DNA of 64,000 nt from Leidyana gryllorum EB-2025a (lineage: Eukaryota > Protista > Apicomplexa). The position numbers and the translations under genes are program-made. The DNA lies in assembly GCA_048772705.1 (NCBI GenBank), contig JBLWGC010000230.1, forward strand, positions 1,240,001-1,304,000. Direction: 5' to 3'. Shown in pieces: positions 48,759 to 59,353 of the stretch (within the stretch, counting starts at the first letter, position 1; every line of letters starts with the position of its first letter). The notes under the pieces were generated by a model. The model was not told where the DNA came from, did not search any database, and saw only the letters and a list, made by a program, of their open reading frames with translations.

Positions 48759-50875
48759 ATGGAGCCCCTGCCAGACCCGATGCAAGACCGGCAGGTCCAT
48801 GATGTGGACCCGCCGCCAGCTAGAGTAAGAGGACGTTCTTGATTGTTACACAGCCCACCCCACAGCCCCTTTCGGAGGCGATGCTATGGCCTGATGGTCT
48901 CGACAGCAAACCGGATTGGAGAGCTCTTCAGGCGCACTGTTTCCGCGAAGGACGCGTGCTACGCGATCATTGCCTGCATATCATCAGGCGCCTGAGTTCC
49001 ATAACAAGCTGTGAACCCAACCTTCTCAGGTTGCAAGACCCAATCACAGGTAGACATGTGGTGGCTCCTGACTAATTTGGTTCTGTTTCCAGTGGTTGGC
49101 GATATACACGGTCAGTACTTCGATCTGATGAAGCTGTTGGAAATTGGCGGCAATCCTGATAACACGCAATACTTGTTCCTCGGCGACTATGTGGACAGAG
49201 GCAGCTTTTCGGTGGAGGTTCTTTTGGTACTCTACGCCCTCAAGGTATGTGTTTTTGTGACGTGACTCGCCTTCCTATGACTGACTGGTTTACGCGCAGA
49301 TCTGCTATCCGACTCGCATTTGGTTATTACGGGGGAATCATGAGTGCCGTCAAATGACCGCTTTCTTCAATTTTCGAGATGAATGTAAGAGGGTATGGTT
49401 CACACAACTTATCCAATCAGCCTTTCTTCCCTCCCCCAAGGCGAGTACAAGTACGACATGACCGTCTATTATGCCTTCATGGACTCATTTGACACTCTGA
49501 GTCTTGCAGCGGTTATCAATAACCGCTTTTTGGCCGTACACGGCGGACTCTCGCCACACTTACATAAGGTAACTTCCTGAATTCACACGCCGCGCCCCCG
49601 CCAGCTCGGGTTATGGGCCACATTTGCTCTTGCGAAGCCCCCAGCAACAACTTTCGCTCTCTTCAGAAAGAGGGTATAGGCAGCATCAATAGATTTCAAG
49701 AGCCCCCGCGAGCCGGGATCTTCTGGTGAGTGCCTCTTATGGGTGCCAAGGCGACTAAAACTGGTGACAGCGATCTCCTGTGGGCGGATCCGGCTGACGA
49801 GGAACGAGTGGATCACACCACACACGCTTCCGAGTTGTTCTTCCCCAATGATGTACGAGGTTGTTCCTTCTTTTTCACCTACGACGCGACTAAAGCTTTC
49901 CTCGATGCAAACAGTTTGCTCTCGATCATCCGTGCTCACGAAGCGCAACTCGAAGGTTATCGGATGCACAAGGCAGACAAGGTTACGCACTTTCCAACAG
50001 TGAGCGGCGGACGAAACACCTGTCTATCACTATGTCACCACAGGTTATCACTATCTTCTCTGCCCCGAACTACTGTGACTGTTACAATAACAAAGGGGCT
50101 ATATTGAAGTTTGACGTAAGTCACTTTGCTCCGGAATGTGTGTGTCCTCGTTTGACAATGTCTCGTCCCATCCGATCCGCGACGCTATCTCTCTTCTTTT
50201 ACCCCATTGACATTTCGCATTGTGCAGAGCAATACTCTGAATATACAACAATTCAATTTTTCCCCACACCCATATCACCTGCCCAATTTTATGGATGTGT
50301 TCACATGGAGTATCCCGTTCGTGTCGGAGAAAGGTAAGGCTGAAACTTGTCACGAATCGTGAGTCCATATTTGATCTGATCTCACAGTTACCGAGATGTT
50401 GTACACCATTCTTAATCCAAGCATTGATGATGATGACGACGATGCCGATAGCGACGCGACAGAGGCTTTCGTCCTACCCGAGGAGGTGGAACGGATCACT
50501 CGAAGTCTTGGTGTTGATCACCCTCCTTCAGCGAAAGCACTGGATGGCACCGAGCTTGGCGCTGGCAAGAAGAGCGCCATCACTAAAGAACGTAAGGCTC
50601 GGCATCTGATTGGCTTTGCTGCTATCGTTCACACAGGGGCTGAGGCACTACGAAACAAAGTGGTAGCCGTCGGACGGCTGATGCGCGTTCTGAGGACGCT
50701 GAGGGAGCAGAATGAGTTGATAGTGCGCCTCAAAGGCGTCACCCCTGGCCATCGGATCCCCCCGGGCGCTCTATTGAACGGCGAAGAAGGGCTTCAGGGC
50801 GAGTTGCAGAAGTTCTTGTCGGCGAAAGAGCTGGACGCAATTAATGAGAGAAGACCTAAGGACGTCAGTTGTTGA
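48759..50875 (+). CDS. CNA: Calcineurin A (PP2B catalytic subunit)
   Basis: [43 protein letters not shown], calmodulin-binding and autoinhibitory (DAINERRP) regions. Confidence 0.96.
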
Positions 50876-51047
50876 TCGATTTTTCTTGGGAGTAGCCAGC
50901 AAAGTCAGCCAGCCAACCTGTCAAAACATGAAGGTGGAGGACAAGTGGGAACGGGTGTGAGTGAGTGCGTGTTCCCGCCCGAATCAACCCTCATCTCTCA
51001 AGTACATGATATCATGTGTTTGAAAAGTGGTGAACAAACGAGGTGGT

Positions 51048-54000
51048 TCATTCTGCAGGTCTATTATCTTCGTTGCCTTCTAACTCGGTCTGGTGGTGCT
51101 GCTGCTGTAGCATCCCTTCGGTGGCAGCTGGCGGTGGCGGGGTGGGGGAGGGCGCACTATTATTGCTGCCCTGATGGAGAGGAACAACGACTCCCGACGC
51201 ATTATCACCCATGGGGGGCGGCGGGATCAACACTGGATTGTTGCTCGTGACAGCTGATGCGCCGGTTGCGCTCATATCGGCTGCAGCACCTTCCCCATCC
51301 GATGTGCCTGGACCTCCGGTCCTTGCCACAATTGCCAGTATACTGTAGTAAAGAGACATGAGATACACACACCCGCACACACTTAATCAAAACTCACCAG
51401 TCGGCGGGGGGGTTGGGCAGAACAGTGGCGATCGCCTCCGCGATACCAGGAACTCCAACGGGTATCAGATAAACAATCTGATAGTCGGGACGATCTAAAC
51501 ACCGCACCACACCAGCCTGACGAATAGAGGGAAAGGCAGATGATTTGAGCAGCAATCTCTCGCGACTCACCCTATTCTTTTCCTGGAAATATTGAATGTA
51601 CTCTTGGAAACTCCTAGCATTCTCGGGGGAACTAGCTTCAAGTAAGCCCACAGCTCCAAGCTGTTTCTTGAACATCTCTTCCAAAGCCGATCGGTGTGAT
51701 ATGTTGAGAAGGGCGGACTTTGGCTGCGAACAGAACCATTACGTACCATTCGAGCCAGAAAGGTAGCGACAGAGGAGAGAGACACGCAGTGTTGGGGCGG
51801 TCGGTATAGACCAACCATGAAAACGCCATGCAGACAATAAATATTGAAGGTTGCGGTTGACGACTTTTCGGAAATACAATACAAAGCGAAAGGTCGTCGA
51901 TCGTAGGGTCTCCACCCGCTCGGGGCAGAGACGATAGGGCCGTAATACCTTTCAACGAGACACGGAGAGAGAGTTCGTTCTCTATTGGAGATTCTCGGAT
52001 GTGCAGCGGGTTAACGGTACGTGATACTCGAGGGCTTTCCGCCCGCCAAAATGAGCAGCCGTCAGTCAGTTCCCGATTTGAGTACGCAAACGGTCCGGAG
52101 CCCCCTCTTGGGCAGTGCAGGTATTAACTTGTACCGGCCTTTGAACGGCTCCCACACATAAAGAGCACAAGCAAACACGCATGGGATTATATGATTGCAG
52201 ATCCAATCGGAGGGACTTCACCAACACAGGGAGGAGGAGGCGGTGGTATCGGGCTTACTGGGAGATAGTTCTCGATCTGTCCAACCAGGCGTTTCACAAC
52301 CACAGGGATTCTCTTCTTCTCATTTCGTGCAAGAATGCCATTCCAGACGACATTTCTCTCATGAGCAGGAGTAACATCCATATGCAATAGCCGCTTCGAC
52401 CAGTTGTTAGCTTCGTCAAACGCAGACGGTGCAACCGTTGGGATGTTGGGATGCTGTTCGGGGGCGTTCGATGAATGCCAAGCCCAGTTCTCTTCAGGAG
52501 GGGCCTGTTGCTGCGGTGGTGGCTGTTGCTGCGTGGGTTTCACAGGGTGCGGGAGGACGTTCGCAGTAGAGGCTGGTTCAGGACCCAGTACAGGTACAGG
52601 TACGGGTCCAGGCCCAATAGGCGTTTGCGTGGTTGGGGTTGGTGTCTTCTTCTGGCGACGTGCGAATAAACCGGGTTTCAACGGTTCGAGGACGGGTGTC
52701 AAGGATACACGCCATCGATTAGTGTCGGGGTCCAGCGACATTGTACGATTGCGAACGAGCTGCTGCATTTGAGGCGTCAATTCAGAAGTGGGCCACAAAC
52801 GAGGTGCCGTTGAGGGCGCAGCGGACGGAGTCGGTCCCGACACCGGCGCCGGCGTCGTGGTGGGCCCCAGTAAGATCTCCTGGAGATTCTGCACCAGTTC
52901 GAGGGCTTCTGGATGAGAAACCTGAACCACCTGCGACAAAGAATGAACAGAGTCGTTGCCTTGAACAATCACATCAAGCAATGAACTATGCACACACAGA
53001 TCAGATCGCACAAACGATCTCGGGAAGATGATCATCAAGCTTCAAGTCCGAAGCCTGACAACGGCCTCCAAGACGTGTCAGAGAACGCATACACTGCCAC
53101 GCGAGCGCCGGGCGGTCGACTTGGCTGCTTCCTGCCCGCTGCCATCTTGCCGCCACACCCACCCACTCACTCGCCGCCTCCCGTCGAGATGCTACCCGAA
53201 CCGTCGACAGAGAGTCGAGGTCCGGGTACGTTGTTGCCGCCCAGCACGAGCACTGAGCAGAGCACCGACGCCGAGAAGGCACGCAAGAGAGGGAGGGGCC
53301 AGGGAAGGGTGAGCGGGCGGGGGAAGGGGCGGAGGAAGAGGGGGGGAGGCCGACCGGTGGTGCCGCGGGATGGACGTCAATTAGCACCGTGGAAGATGGA
53401 CTCACAGATCTCAGGGTGGCTAAGATACCAGGCAGGTCTGGTGAGCGCATGGGGGGTTTGGCAGGAGAGTGGTCTGGTCGCGATGAGTTAGGGGAGTGAA
53501 AGCGGCCCCGCTTCTGCGGGGGCATATAATCAGAGCTGTGGTCCCTGGGCGCCGGAGGACGCGTGGACATATGTGGGTATCGGTTAGGGGCCCAGTCGGC
53601 AGCAGCCCAGTCGGTATCTGTTGATTCTGATGGGCGTTGCGCGAAAGCGTCTCCGGTGGTTGTGGACAGCTGCTGTGCTAATCTGGTGGGACCATCAGAG
53701 AACCCGGTGCTGCTGGACTTGGGAGTTGCAAGGGGAGTGCGAGGGGGGGGTTCAGTGGTTGCAGGAGGTGGGGGTGCGTCAAAGCCTCCTGCTGTTGCCC
53801 CCCGCCCGAAGGGATTGTGCTGCTGCTGCTGCTGAGGCCCCGCCGATGTGCGTTGAAACTCGATGCGCAGAGAGCGTCCGCCTACCCAAAAACTTGACGT
53901 AACGGTAAGTACCACTACACTTACGGAGGTCTGCCCCCTGCAAATTATTGAGAGCCAATTGAGCTTCGGACACGGATTGGAACGTCACAAAAGCGTATAC

Positions 54001-54270
54001 CGCGTGCGGCCCGACCTTCTGGTTGACCTTGAGGCGGATGCGCTCCACGGCTCCGTATCGTCCGAAAAGAGAACGAAGCTCATCTTCGTTCGAGTCCTTG
54101 GGAACATTGTGCACGTACAGGTTGGGGTTCGCTTCTACATTGAACTTGTATCCGTTATTGTAGTTGGGGCGCCAGCCATTCTCTGCACCAGTCTGGTACC
54201 CTGCCACGTACGCCGGCGGCTGATACTCACTGCCCCCGCCGACGTCAAACCCTCGTGGCGGTCCACTCAT
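51048..54270 (-). CDS. RRM + SPOC protein (Spen family, FPA/RBM15-like)
   Basis: N-terminal RRM (LYVHNV...YAFVTF); SPOC domain WNGILARN...LNISHRSAL...FQEYIQYFQEKNRAGVV...VYLIP after splicing; long introns at 52931-53405 and 51724-52258. Confidence 0.82.
51738..52150. ncRNA. Candidate structured RNA within the longest intron (strand uncertain; wobble bias favours +)
   Basis: 19-bp helix 51852-51870/51887-51905, a closing helix near 51738-51750/52013-52025, and several further hairpins. Confidence 0.45.
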
Positions 54271-54315
54271 TACCTAGGACTAAAAAATAAATCGCCGTTC
54301 TGCTGTTGCTACCAA

Positions 54316-55452
54316 ATGATTGTTGTTCTATTTGTTCCCGTTCTTGCCACTCTGGCACTTCTCTCAATATCTTTATTGAGTCCCAATGCGCCACCATTAT
54401 ATCAGACCGCCCTCACAGTGCCGGGTTCGTTACGTCCCTGGGCACACAACTCCACCGTCCGAACTGCCCTGCAAGCCGACTGGTCTGTCCGCAATGTCAC
54501 CCTCACTGTCCTCGTACCCACGCACTACAATCATTCCTACGCAATATCCAGCCTCTCCAAGGCTGCCCTGGCTGCCGACTTTTCCTCGAAAGCAGAGTCG
54601 CTCGTCGTCGTCCTCCAGGACATACAAAAAGCCTCTAGTCTTCTGTACTGCTCGACTCTGGCCGCCGCTGCCCTGCTGCTAACCGCCGCTGTGGCCCTCC
54701 TTGTCATTGTAATCATCCGACGCTGGCGTCACTGTACCTCTAGAACCTTCCATACGCACTTGCACACCAGTTTGTTATCGGAGTCATTGTCGTCCTCAAC
54801 TGGAACTCTGAACGCCATCGGGTAGGTAGTTAGAGCGCTGATCGGACGGTTGGTACTTGTCTGGCTGCCCCAACGTGCTGCTGACGTACCCACTCTTGCC
54901 CCGTTGCAGATCACTTGATCAAGAGGTGGGCGCGAACGCCGCAGACATTGCTTCATTGACCAGCCGAAGTGGGCCTCACTCGGTCCCCATGTCACCCAAT
55001 GATACCTTTGTAATTAGTCCCTATACATTCCCCCAACCGCCGGCCAACATGCCGACACCAACGGCCGTGGTGCTCCTACCAAACGGATCGGCCCTGGCCA
55101 CCTATCATCCTCGACCTCAGGACTTACTACACACACGCCCCAGTAATGCGTTGAAGTGGTCTCGAGTACCCGCCGCTTTGAGCGCGGGACTGATGCTGAT
55201 AGGTTTGGTGTACTACGGGGTGAGTCTAGCTGTGGACAGCAGCGTGTTGCTACCGGCTCTGACGGAGCGGTGGCGTTACGTTTGTCTAACTCACGACATT
55301 CACCAATGCACACATACTTTCGCCATGAAACAAGGAGGTTTCATCTTCGCGGGTTTGATAACCACTAACATACTTGTCGTACGTGGGGCGCGAATAGGAT
55401 TGTTGGTTAACGAAAAGCCTTGTAGGTCATTGGCCTCTCCACACTTAGTTAG
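54316..55452 (+). CDS. Hypothetical multi-pass membrane protein
   Basis: N-terminal hydrophobic segment, NxS/T sites and about three more TM helices; two predicted introns. Confidence 0.55.
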
Positions 55453-55547
55453 GACAAAAAATACGAACGACTTTTGCCTGGCTTCCATACATGCACCCTG
55501 GTGCACGGGTGCTTCGTCCATAGAAGTGTTGATTTGAAGACCCCACC

Positions 55548-57539
55548 ATGTCGGAGGAGATTGACAAACACGTTACTAAGAAGTACGAGATCATCCAGAA
55601 ACTCGGCAAAGGGGTGCGTAGACAATGTATTTAGGTTTTGACCCTCTGATTACATAGGCCTACGGCATCGTTTGGAAGTCCATTGACCGACGTACCAAGG
55701 AAGTGGTTGCCTTGAAGAAGATCTTTGACGCTTTCCAAAATGCAACTGACGCTCAGAGAACATTTCGTGAGATCATGTTCTTGCAAGAGCTGAATGGGCA
55801 CGACAATATCATTCGGCTTATGAATGTCTTGAAAGCTGACAATGACAAGGACATTTACTTGGTGTTCGACTATATGGGTGAGCGTGTGTGCACGAAGATG
55901 GCCGTCATCTGCTGCTATCCCCAGAAACTGACCTCCATGCCGTTATTCGGGCCCACATTCTGGAGGAAATCCACAAGCAATACATTATATATCAGCTCCT
56001 CAAAGCAATCAAATTCATGCATTCTGGTACGACTTCCGCTTTCGCTCCCGTCCCTCAACCTCTGCAGGCGAGCTGCTGCATCGGGATATGAAGCCCTCCA
56101 ATATTCTATTGAACACCGAATGCCACGTGAAGGTTGCCGATTTCGGGTGAGAACGACCACCCAGTCTGCGGGACTGATGACCTGCCCTCTTCAGGCTTGC
56201 CCGATCCGTAGCGCAGGACACTGGTGAAGGGGCAACCAACCCAGTTCTCACAGACTATGTTGCTACGCGGTGGTACCGTGCTCCGGAGATTCTGTTGGGA
56301 TCCACCAAGTACGATAACGCTTCGTCGCTTGCGCATTATGTTGTTTTAGGTACACCAAAGGGGTGGACATGTGGTCGCTGGGTTGTATTCTGGGCGAGCT
56401 CATAAACGGGAGGCCTATTTTCCCGGGGTCGTCTACCATGAACCAGCTCGAGCGCATCATCCAACTGACAGGCAAGCCATCTCCCGAAGATACGGAGGCC
56501 ATGAAATCGCCTTTTGCTCCGACAATGTTGGAGTCCGTTGGTGTTCAGCCTAAAAAGTAGGTGATTTCCGCTTCCTTCGCCTTGCGACAATAGTAATCTA
56601 CAGGAGTTTCGAAGACTTCTTCGCTGGAGCGACCCCTGAGGCCAATAGCCTATTGAAGGCGCTGTTACACTTCAATCCTACTAAGCGTATTTCGTAAGTG
56701 GCCCGTTTTGCTTATCCGGACACGCGGAGCAGAGCGGAGGACGCACTAAAACATCCCTATGTTGCTCAATTCCATAATGCGGACGAAGAGCCCTCATGTC
56801 AACGTATTATTCGGTGAGTGGAGATTGGTGAATGTGACACGATACACGGCGGCGATCTATTACCAGGATTCCCATCGATGACAATACGAAGTATGACATC
56901 GATGAGTACCGGGAAAAAGTCTATTCTGAGGTGATCCGCAAGAAACGCGACCAAAAGCGTGCGGAAAGAGGGTCTTCACACCACCGATCTGGTCGAGGAG
57001 GCGGTGTTCCGGAATCTGTAGAGCACAGCGGGTCTCAAGGAGGGGGGGGAGAAGGTGGTGGATACGTGGGCAGCCGACAAGGCAGTATGCATCACGGCGG
57101 ATCGGGCTACCACCAGTCAACATCGGGTGTGAGAGAACGCAGCGCTGCCAAGTCACACATAAGTGCTGGATCCGGGAGTGGCACAGGACTGATGAGTCGG
57201 CATCACCGTTCTAGTAGCAAGCCTATGTATGGGTCCGGACCCACACAATCCCAAGATCGTATAAAGGCATCTCGGACTGCTCCGAGTCGTCAGGCTGATG
57301 TTCAACCAGCACGAAATTCATCACAAAGATTCCCGTCGGCTGGAAGCGCTTCGAATATGGTCACCGCCCAAGGTCGCGGCGACAGGATATCCTCTCAGTA
57401 TGGGGCTGGGGCTCCCTCTACCTCCGCTGTTAACCGAGGACCCAGTCAATCGCGATGTCCTCCGGGAGGTCAACCAGTGAGTGCACTGACTCTAGCGGCT
57501 ACCTGTGCATCTATCTCCCTTCGCTTACAGAGATTCTAG
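55548..57539 (+). CDS. ERK7: MAP kinase ERK7/MAPK15
   Basis: [38 protein letters not shown] activation loop, low-complexity tail. Confidence 0.93.
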
Positions 57540-57878
57540 TGCACACCACCAATATACCCCTTAGTTCGTTTGTCGGTTAATAATCGTTCGTTCACTCTTC
57601 GCACCCATCTTCCCTCACTGAGTCAGGTAGACATATCAGACAGAGACTAATGCTGTAGGAGAGACACATTCGTTCGTATTGAGAATGAATGACACGGGTT
57701 TCTCGGGTCTCGGGCCCCCACCACCACCAACACTTGCCCAAAGAAGAGGGTGAACAACGAGGAGCAACCAACAACACTGCTAGAGTGAGAAGCGGGAATT
57801 CAGGTGAAAGGAGAGAAAAAGGTGGAGCCGCAGCAGACGCATCGTTAAAACAGCGGGAATGCACTAGTCATCCATCCA

Positions 57879-59204
57879 TCACATACTTCGGGCCCAGGCC
57901 ATGCAGAAGTCAACTAAGTGTCCAACATCTGCTGCATGACAAAGTTCCCGAGCACTGTGCATCGCGAGCATTGGCAACCCGCAATCGACGGCATTGATTC
58001 CGGTGAGGCAAGCACTCATGGGCCCGATGGTGGAGCCACATCTTGAATCGTTGCGTACAACAAACTCCTGAATTGGTGTGTCGAATTGCTCAGCGAGCTG
58101 TCGGCAGGCTCCCAAATGATAAGCTGTTGTAGCATATCTTTGATTTGCATTCAGCTTGATCACTGTTCCCTTGCCCATCAGCGGAGCGTGTAGTGACTGA
58201 TGTTTCGCTTGATAGTTGGGATGAAGGGCGTGAGCAGCATCACAACTAAGAATAATACTGTTCGCTTCAATCGACATTCGCTGTCCCTGATCTCTCAAGC
58301 AACCCGCAACATCCAGCAGATCGATCCAGTCCCGCAACAAGCCGCTGTCCGCTCCGCGTGTGCTTCCGCTCCCTACTTCTTCATGATCGAACCCAATAGC
58401 TATAACTAGAGTTTCCTGACATAGATTCTCGGCCGCAATCCGGTTGAGTGCCCTGAAGTTGGCGAACAACGAACTCTTGTTGTCCAGTCCGGGGGCATCA
58501 ACAAACTCTGCCTTGATACCCGCCAGCCGTGCCGGTGTGGCGTCGTACAAACACAAATCCCAGCTGGTCACGGTGTCGGGCTTGATTTCATACTTCTCCG
58601 TCAGGTAGGCCATGATGCTTGGCGCAAAGGTGTTCTTTCCCCACCGCTCCAGGTCGGTTTGAGTGGCCGCTGCCCCGTCGTCGGCTTTGGAAGCGACAAT
58701 GGGACGCAGATGATCCTCTTTATTGACTTTGAACCCTCTGCGCTCCTCGTCATCCTGTAGATGGATGCAAAGGTTGGGAACAATAACTGCTGGCTCCGGA
58801 ATCTTGACCAGTTTGGCGCTACCGTCATCCATATGGACACGTCCTGCTACCGCGCACGCTCGATCGAACCATGTGTGCCACAAGCCACCGCCGTAGGTGT
58901 CGACACCAAGCATCTCAACACCCGGACCATCCAGACGACTGCGAGGTCGACTGCGCAAACAAGGCGAGTCGGTATGGGAGGCCAAAATCAAAATACTTCG
59001 GAACTGGCCACCTTCTGGCCGGCGCCAGCCTATGACAGTAGTTCCATCATGGATATGCCAGCCGTAAGTGGGTATCGCCCCGCTTCCAACGCTGGGGTAC
59101 TCTTGGGCGCCCTCCAGCAAGCCGACAGCTGCTTCGCAGGCGTGGTATGGGGAGCCACCTTTGTTGAGAAAGTCAATGAAAGCCTTCCCTTCGTCACAAG
59201 GCAT
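57879..59204 (-). CDS. M18 aspartyl aminopeptidase (intronless)
   Basis: SHTDSPCLR, TYGGGLWHTWFDR, LDN, FDHEEVGS, DAAHALHPNY, CGSTIGP, AMHSARE. Confidence 0.93.
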   Translation of the reverse strand: MPCDEGKAFIDFLNKGGSPYHACEAAVGLLEGAQEYPSVGSGAIPTYGWHIHDGTTVIGWRRPEGGQFRSILILASHTDSPCLRSRPRSRLDGPGVEMLGVDTYGGGLWHTWFDRACAVAGRVHMDDGSAKLVKIPEPAVIVPNLCIHLQDDEERRGFKVNKEDHLRPIVASKADDGAAATQTDLERWGKNTFAPSIMAYLTEKYEIKPDTVTSWDLCLYDATPARLAGIKAEFVDAPGLDNKSSLFANFRALNRIAAENLCQETLVIAIGFDHEEVGSGSTRGADSGLLRDWIDLLDVAGCLRDQGQRMSIEANSIILSCDAAHALHPNYQAKHQSLHAPLMGKGTVIKLNANQRYATTAYHLGACRQLAEQFDTPIQEFVVRNDSRCGSTIGPMSACLTGINAVDCGLPMLAMHSARELCHAADVGHLVDFCMAWARSM

Positions 59205-59353
59205 CTTGGTGATTTGAATGATTTGAATGATTCAAATTTTGATTCATAATCGTAAGGTGGATCAGAGAAATAGGGTTATCTCCGCGCGTCTATTAATAAA
59301 TCTTAAGGGTTGAACTTGAGCTTCAAATTTCGGCACCTCTGTGCGAGGTTGAA

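Noticed and set aside
51738-52025. Assignment of the structured element to RNase P/MRP, SRP RNA or a group I intron
   Set aside because: The conserved signature motifs (CR-I/CR-V, SRP helix 8, P7 R/S) could not be matched, so it is left unassigned.
55537-55548. Apparent 10-bp gap before ERK7
   Set aside because: A probable last intron ends the upstream gene at 55452, giving a gap of about 95 bp.
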